Source: Mantamonas sphyraenae STR306
Lineage: Eukaryota; Protista; CRuMs
Reading direction: 5' to 3'
DNA length: 64,000 bases
NCBI GenBank assembly: GCA_026936335.1
Contig: JAPMXV010000058.1
Span: forward strand, 124,001-188,000
Positions 1 to 9,142 of the stretch are shown one piece after another. The notes beneath the pieces are model-generated. The model saw only the letters and a list, made by a program, of their open reading frames with translations. It had not been told where the DNA came from and searched no databases. Positions within the stretch are counted from its first letter, which is position 1. Every line of letters starts with the position of its first letter. Position numbers and translations under genes: made by a program.

Positions 1-131
1 GCTCCTCCTCCTCCTCCTCTTCTTCTTCTTCTTCCTCCTCCTCCTCTTCTTCTTCTTCCTCCTCCTCCTTTTCTTCTTCTTCCTCCTCCTCCTCTTCTTC
101 TTCTTCCTCCTCCTCCTCCTCATCGTCATCA
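1..131 (+). repeat. (TCC/TCT)n trinucleotide tract encoding poly-Ser in the Fanzor frame
   Basis: Direct reading; in frame with GTG at 132. Confidence 0.9.
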
Positions 132-3100
132 GTGCTAGACAAGGCCGTGGATTCCTTTTGCGATGAGTTGGATGAGTTGCGAGGTCGATTCAACATGGCT
201 CCGGACACGGTCACACTCTATCTCCAGAGAAACACCGTGGCTTCGGTGGACACGACTCTGGCCCAGTTCAACAGGAGGGAACTGGTTTTGGAAGCCGAAC
301 TTGCGCACAAGTTTGACATCTCGGTGTCTCACGTCCACACTGCAGTCAAGCAGAGGTGCGAGCAGAGAGGCGTGAAGGTTGTTGAGCATACTGCCGCAAC
401 GTCAAGGTGCCTCCGGGATGCTTGTGACGGTGAAACCTTGCTGTGGTGCCCAACCAACGATGGGACTGTGCTTCGGGCCGGTATTTGGGTCAACGCACAA
501 GGCGATGCCATCAGACTGATCCAAGACGACCATGCCGAAAGGCTTGTCTGCGCAATCCTCTGTGGCTCGACGACTCTGGATGTGTCGATGTCATTGGTGG
601 GCGAGACGCACAAGGCGGTGGACATGGTGCGAGCTGGCGGTCTGCTGAATCTCAAAACTGTGATCAAAACCGCAGGGTTGAGCAGGTTGCGCAAGCCAGA
701 GAGAGACCAGCTGCACGCTGAGACCGTCCGAGCCATGTGCTCCGTGCTTAGTTCGGCTGCCCTGGACCGTGTCAACGAGCGTCTGACCGAACATCTCACC
801 CACACGACACTGGCTTCGTGCTCCCTGGACGGCCACGGCGAGGACGAGGTGTCCATCCAGGGCACAGAGTGTCTCCTGGAAGCGATGCGTGCCATGCCAC
901 CGAGGGCAGCTGGAGTCATGGCCGACGTGCTTCGCCGATTCCCGCATGGAACACGCGTGCGGGATGTGATTGCTCTGGTGCACGAAGCAGTGGAAGCACA
1001 GCCGACAGAGCGACCATCTGTCGGTGTCAGCCGTACCTGCGTTTTTGTGCGCCGCAGGATGGTTCATGGGCGTACCCTCCATCTGTTCCTCGAGCAGGAC
1101 TCCATCGAGTGCGGGTCACTTTTGCAAGCAATGGGTGTCCAACACGTGTTGGACGCACTGAATGGTGCTCAGCTGGAGGAGTGGGCATGCGTCATCCGCC
1201 GTTTGGTGCAAGCAGAACAGGACCTCGTGTCAAGCGCCAAGGCAGAGGCCGATGCCACGGAGTATGTGGAACAAGATACCTGGAACGAGTTTTTGGCAGC
1301 ACTGGACAAATTCGAGGAATCAAATGCACTGACGCAAAGGTTCAGCCAGTCGACGACCAAACACGACTCGGCAACGATCGAGCAGCTGCGTGCGTCTGCC
1401 CCGAAGGCCAGCAAGGTGCTCTCCTTGCCCACAGGAGTGAAGCTGATGCGCATTGTTCCGCACAAACCCAAGAAGCCAAAGGCAGAACGGCCGCTGCTGA
1501 GCGAGTCGTGGCCGGACTTCTTGAGCGACAAGCTGGGACGCATTGTCAAGGGTGTCGCAAACGCGACTGTGACACACACAGACGTCCTCACAAGCAAGTC
1601 TGTCAAGTTTACGCGAAGCAAAGGCCAGGTGAGGCAGGTGGAGCACGGCAGCGAGCCGCTGGCAGGCATGGCGGCCGAAGTGCAAGATGCGGATCGAAGG
1701 GGGTACGAAAAGCAGCGGCACGAGCTGCTTCTCCACTTGGACGGCATTCTTCCAAACTCCTCAAGCAAGGAAGAAGATGTGACGGAAGAGGGGGAGGGGA
1801 AGGAGAAGGAGACGAGTGAGGGGAAGGGGAAGGGGAAGGCGGCGGTGGAAGCGATGGACACCCAGTGCGAACTGCCTGCCGTGCTGGCGAAGGACGAGCA
1901 GTTGGAGGCCGTGGAAACGCTGGAGGAGATGGAAGAAGACGATCAACAGCGCCGGATCGAGGACATCGAGCGCATTGACACGCGGCTCAACTCGGTGCAG
2001 GGATGTGCCAGCTTTGAACAGCTCGTCGATGCCCTGCTACAGCTCAAAGACACCGTGTCAAGTGGACAAGAAGAGTATCCCAAGGCACGCGTGGACGGTA
2101 TCTGGGAGGCAACGGGTGCAGCGAGGTTTCGGCATGATTTCGACTTGATGATGACAACAATCGAATTCGCGTTGCGAGAGTTTGTCCGCCTGTACGCAAT
2201 CCAAGCCGGACTCGCAAGCAACTACAAACAGGCAGACGCCCTATTGTCGAGACTGACAAACATCAAGATCAAGGGACGGAAGCGCCGGTTGATGCAAGAG
2301 GTTGCAGTGGACGCACAATGCGAGGAAGAAGAGGATGAGGATGAGGAGTACATGGAGGACGATGATGACGCAGTTGACGAGGAGCAGGAGGAACAGGAAG
2401 AGCAGGAGCAAGAAGAGCTGGAGGAGCAGGAGGAGCAGGAACAGAAAGAGCTGGAGGAGCAGGAGACAAAGCGGGCCATCGTGACGCAGGAGATCATCAC
2501 ATTTGCCAACAAGTGGGGAAACTTCATCCGTGGCCTTCAGCGCCTCCAGCGAGGGAGAGCGGTGGACACTCTGGTGTGGCCGGAAAAGACCACCATCATG
2601 GGGAATGCATCGTCCCGCGAAACGATACGCGCACGTCTGTGTCTGCTGGCTCTGGTGCTGGCAAACGTGGTGTTTGCCACACGTGGTGTGAATCTCAAAC
2701 ATGCCGACCTGTCCAGCTTCGCCATGGCCACATGGCTGGCACGCAGGGCCGGTGGCCGCCAGCGACGATTTCTGCCAACGGCGCGCCGAACATCATCCCC
2801 GCACACCATTGCGTCTGCCCAGCGTGGGCTCGACGTCGCTCTGCTTCAACGCGAGGAAACCTCTTTGCTGTACGTACATTTCAAAAAAGCCGTGGATGCA
2901 GTCATGAGTGCTACGGACGACAAAGTGCAGCGCCAGCTGCTCTGGGGGCTGAAGTCGGCCATGCTCGCGGGGCTACAGGAGCTTCCTGAGCACATTCGAC
3001 TGGCGTGCTATGCCGCTTCGTTGGTGGACTACAATCTCTGTCTTCGGAGCGACGACAAATTGCGCCAGGACGAGTTGCTCGTGTACCACGATCTGATTCG

Positions 3101-4613
3101 CGATCTTGCCGTTGGTCCCCGTGGAAGAAACCCGTTCCTCCGCGCCCAACTGGCCAATGATCTCATTTTCAAGGGTGACCGCGTCGCATCGACACGATAC
3201 AAACCACAGGCGTGGAGCTTCCAAGATTTGCATACTCTGCCCGAGTCGTCAACGAGCAAAAGGCGGGTTGGGCTCGGAGACAACACGAACGCAGCCGTGC
3301 CCTTTTTCAACTCCCTTGTCCACTGGGCTGACAACAGAACGGACACAATCAGCTCTCACAAGCTCTGCACCATTGGCTACAACATGTGGAGGGAATTTGG
3401 AAATGATTGGAGCCAGATTCTCACAGCGGCATTGAATGCGCAGCTGGCGGATCGTGAGGCGGCCCAACTCATCGACCGTGTGGTGAGCACTATCAAGGAC
3501 CATGCTCCCCCTTGTTTGCAGAAGCTAAAGGATGCAATGGAGGCACGTGACCTGGACAAAGAAACGCAAGGGCAGCTGGAGGAAGCGTGGGACGACATTG
3601 AGAAATCCATGCGAGGAAAACCCGCGAGCAAACAACTTGCACTGTCGACGTCGTGGTGGCCGCGCACCGGCGTGGCGAACGTGGAGGAACCGTCGTCCGC
3701 ATCGTCGTCGTCGTCTGCATCATCGTCGTCGTCTGCATCGTCGTCGTCGTCGTCGTCGTCCTCGGACACAACAATGATGACACGCTGGGCATCCAGTGTT
3801 CATGGGTTGTGTGCAGGCTATGATCCAGGTGTGTACCAGCACATTGGTGCCCTCGTTTTGTACTTTGACAGCGTTACGGTGTCCGAGAAGAACGGCGTTT
3901 TGTGCATCAGCTACGCGCTCACATTCGACATCAAAGGTACAAATGTTCGCTACGAGCAGAGGCGATCGGGTCATGCAGAGATCTCCAACAAGCTCAGCAA
4001 GCTGGGCAAGCAGCTTTCGAACGCTGCGAACGCAGCAAAACGTTTGGAAATCAACGAGGAGATGAACACGCTGGCGCACGACTTGAAGCCAATTCAAGAG
4101 CATATGGCTCGGTTGATCAAACACGGAAGCGCAGCAGTGATGGCTGACCTCCAACGACAGTGCAACCACCGAATTCATGTCGGATACGGAGCAGCGCCCG
4201 TTGTAGCAAGCGTGCCTGTGCGTACGGATGCCGCCCAACTGGCCTGTGTCTCCACAGTCACCCTGACGCACGAACCCCAAACATCCAAACACTCTGCGTA
4301 CGACTGTAAAGCCGTTCGAAAGCATGCTTGGAGTGTGGACAAGAGTGGGTCACGGAACGATCGGTGGTATGTGCACGACGTGGCCAGCAAGACGCTGCGA
4401 GACGGAGAGGAGTGGGTGGCGCACAAGGACCGCAGTGCTGCCATCAACATCGCCAACAAATGCCATGCAGCTCGTCGGTGTGGTGTCGAGCTGTGGCTAT
4501 TCACGTGGGTCTGGAGCAGCAATCGGGGGCATCTACAAGAGGCGGCCCGCAAGGCCATGCATGATGGACAAGATGCAGGCCATGGGGGTCAAAATGTCCA
4601 AGTGGTGTTGTAG
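3..4613 (+). CDS. Giant Fanzor1-like (TnpB-derived) RNA-guided RuvC nuclease, 5' partial (>1,536 aa)
   Basis: RuvC-I 'LCAGYDPG' (D codon 3822), Gly-substituted canonical RuvC-II 'IHVGYGAA' (4173-4196), relocated Glu 'THEPQTSK' (E 4272) and RuvC-III 'HKDRSAAINIA' (D 4428) occur in Fanzor order and spacing. The frame of the 132 ORF is open upstream through a ~43-residue poly-Ser tract to base 3, so the true start is outside the window. Confidence 0.8.
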   Translation, partial: SSSSSSSSSSSSSSSSSSSSSSFSSSSSSSSSSSSSSSSSSSSVLDKAVDSFCDELDELRGRFNMAPDTVTLYLQRNTVASVDTTLAQFNRRELVLEAELAHKFDISVSHVHTAVKQRCEQRGVKVVEHTAATSRCLRDACDGETLLWCPTNDGTVLRAGIWVNAQGDAIRLIQDDHAERLVCAILCGSTTLDVSMSLVGETHKAVDMVRAGGLLNLKTVIKTAGLSRLRKPERDQLHAETVRAMCSVLSSAALDRVNERLTEHLTHTTLASCSLDGHGEDEVSIQGTECLLEAMRAMPPRAAGVMADVLRRFPHGTRVRDVIALVHEAVEAQPTERPSVGVSRTCVFVRRRMVHGRTLHLFLEQDSIECGSLLQAMGVQHVLDALNGAQLEEWACVIRRLVQAEQDLVSSAKAEADATEYVEQDTWNEFLAALDKFEESNALTQRFSQSTTKHDSATIEQLRASAPKASKVLSLPTGVKLMRIVPHKPKKPKAERPLLSESWPDFLSDKLGRIVKGVANATVTHTDVLTSKSVKFTRSKGQVRQVEHGSEPLAGMAAEVQDADRRGYEKQRHELLLHLDGILPNSSSKEEDVTEEGEGKEKETSEGKGKGKAAVEAMDTQCELPAVLAKDEQLEAVETLEEMEEDDQQRRIEDIERIDTRLNSVQGCASFEQLVDALLQLKDTVSSGQEEYPKARVDGIWEATGAARFRHDFDLMMTTIEFALREFVRLYAIQAGLASNYKQADALLSRLTNIKIKGRKRRLMQEVAVDAQCEEEEDEDEEYMEDDDDAVDEEQEEQEEQEQEELEEQEEQEQKELEEQETKRAIVTQEIITFANKWGNFIRGLQRLQRGRAVDTLVWPEKTTIMGNASSRETIRARLCLLALVLANVVFATRGVNLKHADLSSFAMATWLARRAGGRQRRFLPTARRTSSPHTIASAQRGLDVALLQREETSLLYVHFKKAVDAVMSATDDKVQRQLLWGLKSAMLAGLQELPEHIRLACYAASLVDYNLCLRSDDKLRQDELLVYHDLIRDLAVGPRGRNPFLRAQLANDLIFKGDRVASTRYKPQAWSFQDLHTLPESSTSKRRVGLGDNTNAAVPFFNSLVHWADNRTDTISSHKLCTIGYNMWREFGNDWSQILTAALNAQLADREAAQLIDRVVSTIKDHAPPCLQKLKDAMEARDLDKETQGQLEEAWDDIEKSMRGKPASKQLALSTSWWPRTGVANVEEPSSASSSSSASSSSSASSSSSSSSSDTTMMTRWASSVHGLCAGYDPGVYQHIGALVLYFDSVTVSEKNGVLCISYALTFDIKGTNVRYEQRRSGHAEISNKLSKLGKQLSNAANAAKRLEINEEMNTLAHDLKPIQEHMARLIKHGSAAVMADLQRQCNHRIHVGYGAAPVVASVPVRTDAAQLACVSTVTLTHEPQTSKHSAYDCKAVRKHAWSVDKSGSRNDRWYVHDVASKTLRDGEEWVAHKDRSAAINIANKCHAARRCGVELWLFTWVWSSNRGHLQEAARKAMHDGQDAGHGGQNVQVVL

Positions 4614-4770
4614 ATGATTGTTGTGGTGAAATACTTGTGAAAACTAGCGCCTGTATGCGGCGCGAGGTGATTTGCAAAATACAATACAATGCGCAGGTGG
4701 AAAACACAACCGAAATGGTCGCGGGCGAAACACTCGCCCACAGACCACCCGTGCTCTTGTTGATGAAACT
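4565..4770 (+). ncRNA. Candidate omegaRNA (Fanzor guide scaffold) overlapping and following the ORF 3' end
   Basis: Stems read by eye: tggaca/tgtcca (4565-70/4595-600); gttgtg/cacaac (4620-25/4705-10) enclosing acttgtg/cgcaggt (4633-39/4692-98, 2 G-U) and gcgcc-tgtatgc-ggcgc (4647-63); terminal hairpin tggtc..gggcga-aacac-tcgccc..gacca (4716-47). Position matches TnpB/Fanzor omegaRNAs. Boundaries are uncertain. Confidence 0.5.
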
Positions 4771-4805
4771 GGAATTTGGATCTCCCCTTCCACACACAAG
4801 CCTCC

Positions 4806-6806
4806 CTAACACTTCCACATCGCGTCTTTGTACCGCTGCACAAGATCACGCTGACGGAATTGCCTGCGCAGGTGCGGGCGAACGTCCTTGACGCCTTGCA
4901 CCTTGCGCAGGAAGGGCAGCAGGTTCAGCAGCTCGCGGTCGTGGTCGTCGTCATACCAGCTCTCGATGGGGATACCGTTGTCCACCTGGAACCCGTATGC
5001 ATGCGGGCTGTTGTCCACAATGATGGTGCGCTTCAGATCACGCCCCAACACCGTCAGATCCTTCAGGTAGTTGCCTTCCACCTCCACACACGAGTCGCGG
5101 AACGCTCGGTACTTGATGTACTTGCGCTCCGGGTCCAGCAGGTCCAGCAGCTTGTCTGCGTACACCTGCTTCGACGCCGTAAACACAACCACCTCAAACA
5201 TGGACGACACCTCTTGCAGAAAATGCTCCATGTACGGGCGCAGACGCGCACTCACGCTGTACTCCACGCCGTTGAAGACCACCGGGAAGCGCAGGTCCGC
5301 GTCCGCCGACGGCTCCGTCGTGCAGTGCACCAGGGTCTCGTCCAGGTCCAGCACGAGCGTGATCGGCTTGCTCCCACGCCTCTTGCGAGGCAGGCAGCTC
5401 GGACGCAGCCGTTGCTTCAGCGACAGCGGCGGCAGCAGCGCAATGAACCAGTACGGATCGAATTCCTCCACCTGGTCCGCCGGATACGGCTGACGCAGAC
5501 GCATGACTCCGTCGCTGTTTTCGTATGCCTCGCTGTCGTCCACCACCTCCTCCTCGTATGAGTCCTCGTCGTCAAACACACATCGTCGTCGTCGTCAAAC
5601 GTGTCGTCGTCGTCGTCGTCGTCGTCGTGCTGGACCTCCTCCAGCTGCGCCTGCTGCGCTGTTTCCGACTCCACCAGCGACAGCTGCTCGTCACAGCCCA
5701 TCTGGCAGTCGTCTTCCACAGCACCCTGCGACGACGCTTCGTCGCTGGCCTCCGTTGTGGTCTCACTGTCCACCTCGCTGCGCGAGGGAAACTCCACGTA
5801 CCGAGTGAGCGACAGGCCGCCCTCGGCGTCCCCATGGCCATGGCCATGCACCGAGGATGCCATGCACTCCTCCCCCTCCTCCTCCTCCACACCTCCTGCT
5901 GCCCCGTGGGTATTCAGCAGGTGGTACACGGGCGAAAACAGCGTCGAGAACATCCCTCCCGACTTGCCGCCCGTCGCGGTGTTGCCTTCTGCAGGCTCCT
6001 CTTCCACCAGTGATGATGATGATGCTGATGATGATGATGATGTCGATGGCGCCTCTTCCAAGCTGTCCATGGAATGTTCACCTGCCGTGTAGTCAAAGTA
6101 GCTCGCCAGATTCCTCGCCGAACGTCCGGCCCCAGCGGCCAGCCGTGAAGAATCTGCGAAATTCCACCCACGGATTTCCACGTCCACGCGTCAGCGACCC
6201 GCCATCCACACAGCCCCACCTGCCACACCATCCTCCTCTCTGCACCACCCCATCATGTCTGCCTAGCCTGTGGCCCCCATGCAACAACTCCTTTGCCCGC
6301 CCAAGGGCCCGCTTGGCAAAAATGGACAACTCACCCGATGGTTTCTTCTTCTTTTGCGAGCTCGTGATGAAGGACGGAGCAGCCAATGCCGCGGCAGTCA
6401 GCGTGTTCTCCTCGGGACTCACACGGTAGCGCTTGCTGTCGCCTGCGCTGACCATGTAGTCGTCCTCGGAGAACTGTGTCGACGGCGTCAAGGCGCACAG
6501 AGGCACGAGGTGTCAGCGAGTCGACCCGGCCGTTGTCTCCCATTTTCCCGTCGCGCCATTTCCCAACCGCCGTTTTCCCCATTTTGGGCCCAGCCGGATT
6601 CCAGCCCCACACCTGCCATGCACACACACACACACACATATGGGATGCAAACGTACCACTTTCTGCTGTGCCGGCGACTGGAGCGGGCTGAGCAGCGTGC
6701 GCAGCGAGTTGAGCAGAGCCACGGGAGACGCTTGGTTCTCCTTGTCAGGAACCGTCGCTGTCTCTCGAGCACGCTTCGCAACCGCACGGCGGCTACGCCT
6801 GCCCAT
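4806..6806 (-). CDS. CTDSPL2: CTD small phosphatase-like (SCP/FCP1 family HAD phosphatase)
   Basis: LVLDLDETLVH, VFTAS, KDL..LGRDL and DNSP motifs. Start MGRRSRR at 6806; introns ~6656-6474 and ~6334-6154; apparent 2-bp frameshift near 5578. Confidence 0.85.
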
Positions 6807-7011
6807 GGTCGGGCTGCTGAATGATGGTGCAGAGGTGGCTGATGCCAGTGCCAATGATGGTGATGTGTTGTTGGACATCCAATGAGAATGAAAAGTGAAA
6901 GGGTCGGTGCAGAGGGTGCAGAAATTGGTTGGCGACGAGCTCGCATTCCATTTGCCACCTCCATTCGCTGTAGCTCCCCAACCCCATTCTCTCATTCTCG
7001 TGTCCACTGTC

Positions 7012-9009
7012 TTATCCACTCTTCTTCTCCGCCGCAGCTTCGGCCTCCTGGTGCCGGATCTTGAACATCATGTGCGTGGCCCCAAAGAAGCTGAGGAACA
7101 TGAGAAAGAGAAAGAGCAGCCCTGAAGGCTGCATGATCTTCTCCAGCATGAGATGCATGCCATCCAGACCCACGGTGAACCCAATCAGGTTGACGACCAT
7201 CATGACAAAGATCTGAAAGGCGGCTGCAGCGCTGCAGGCGTGGCGATACCACCACTTGGCACGGATCCACGCACGTGCCGGGTGGTTGAAGTACCACGTG
7301 ACAAACACCTCGGGCAGCAGAAAGAGGGAAATGAGCCAACCCCAGTACAGCAGGCGCATCTGGATGTCGTGCCACAGCGCCACAAAGGTAAACACCACAA
7401 AGGCGTTGTACTTGAGCTGGGCCGTGCCTCCCAGAGGCACATACACATAGCGAATGAGCCAGCGGTTGAACGAGCGATGCCACGCGCGCCAGAAGCCGCG
7501 AAAGTTGTAGTTGTTGTTCAGGCACCGGTTCATGTTCTCCACCGTCTCCACGCCGTCCACCAGGGCAAACAGTCGGAACATACGCCAGATGATAAAGAAC
7601 TTGAGCCACAGGAACATCAGCGTCCAGTAGGCAATCGCCCCGATTTTGTAGGGCTCCAGGTCGTGGGTGCGCCACACGTCGTACTTGTTGAACGCGTTGA
7701 CGTAGAAGTAGGTGAGACCCAGCTCCATCAACGTCATGCTAAACACAAGCCGCACGGCGTACCATGCGATGGCGCCGTTGCTGTGGCTGCTCTGGGGCGA
7801 ACGCACCTGCGACACAAACGCATTGAAGGTGATGATGGGTCCGGCCAGGTACAGGGGTGCGTACAGCACATACGCTGCATACGCAGTCAGACTGTACAAG
7901 CTGTGCGGTTGGTGTGCCTCCACACGGTAGGCATAGCTGGGCGAACCGTGCACAAACTCCATCAGCTGCGGCCTCTTGCGTAGGATGGCAGACTCGGTGC
8001 CCGACACCATCCAGTAGTAATCCATGTTGAAGCTGATCATCTTGAGCACCACAAAGTTGAATGCCACATGCCAGCCGTACAGGCCTCGCCACTCGTCCAG
8101 CCAGGCCAGCCTCGGGTCGATCCAGGCAAAGGCATAGCCGTGGTAGATGTCATTGGCAAACAGGAAGAAGGTGGCATACAGCCACGTCAGCAGGGGCAGC
8201 ACGGGCACACTCCAGGACGACGACAGGTGCACACGCGTGGCGCCAACAACCATGCACAACACAAAGTTGCCCAGGGCAATGGCCAGCAGAAACATGGCCG
8301 GGTACCCGTGGCACACAAACACAAAGCCCACGCCACACACGGCGTAGAACAGCAAACGCACACGTGTCGACCCGGCCTTGCTCGCATTGCGGCTGTTCAA
8401 CACCGGGTCTGCACCCACATCGCCTCCTCCGTTGCCTCCTCCTCCTCCTCCTCCGTTGCCTGTTGTGCCACCCGCCCGTTTGGTTGCACTCAACCCACTT
8501 GCTTGCGTGTGCATGCTGTGCACGCTGCTGTTGTCACTGGTGTTCTCCTCCACCGCACTCGCCTCTTGCTTCTTCTGACCCTCCTTCGTGTGATCCTTCC
8601 CCACCTCTGCCTTGGTCACCACGCGCAGCAGATAGCTCAGCACCAGAAACACACCCATGGCTGTGCCAATCAATGGCAACGCACCACGAATCATGTTCCA
8701 CTGTGCATCGTGGTGATCCTGTGTGGGTGGGGATGGGTGGTGGTTTGCGTCAACTTGTCAGCCCGTCTCCCACCCCGTGTTCCCTCTCCTCCCCTGCTCC
8801 ACCCCCCCCCCCCCCCAGCACACACACCACCATCATCATCGACGTACAATAAAACGACTGGGCACAAGCCAGCTGCGCTTGTGAAGGTGCAACTCCGGTG
8901 CAAAGCTGTCGCTCATCTCCCATGTGATGTTGATGTAGATGTAATACTCCACGGCAAAGAGCACATAGAAAAACACAAACTCTGCAGAAAACCAGCCTGG
9001 TTCGTCCAT
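7012..9009 (-). CDS. GUP1: MBOAT acyltransferase, GUP1/HHAT-like
   Basis: LKMISFNMDY, YAPLYLAGPIITF, ENM.RC..NNY..FWRAWHRSFNRWLIRYVYVPLGG and FVALWHD. Exon 1 9009-8848; intron to 8719 gives DHHDAQW. Confidence 0.9.
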
Positions 9010-9142
9010 TGCTGTCTTTTGTTTGCTGCCTTGGCGGAGTGGGCGCGCCGATGGGGGCAAAGATTCCAATCGCCATTCGGATCCCCGCTGCATTGACGAG
9101 CTCCCCATCTGCTTCTCACCCACCCACCATCTCTCGCCAGAC

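Larger units (their letters stand above)
1..4770 (+). mobile_element. Possible right-hand part of a Fanzor-carrying transposon, or a domesticated remnant
   Basis: Inferred only from the Fanzor ORF plus its structured 3' flank. No transposase, TIR pair or TSD can be seen because the left end is outside the window. Confidence 0.35.

Noticed and set aside
4442-4765. 8-bp complementarity catcaaca (4442) / tgttgatg (4758) as a long-range pairing or TIR
   Set aside because: Too short to distinguish from chance.
4716-4772. Helitron-like 3' end (hairpin followed by CTRR 'CTGG' at 4769-72)
   Set aside because: The hairpin-to-CTRR spacing is long and the next base is A rather than T; no Rep/helicase motifs are visible. 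It cannot be excluded without the left end.
5565-5581. 17-nt GT..AG micro-intron that would repair the CTDSPL2 frame
   Set aside because: All other introns here are at least ~80 nt and usually have branch points; a 2-bp error in GTGTGT is simpler.
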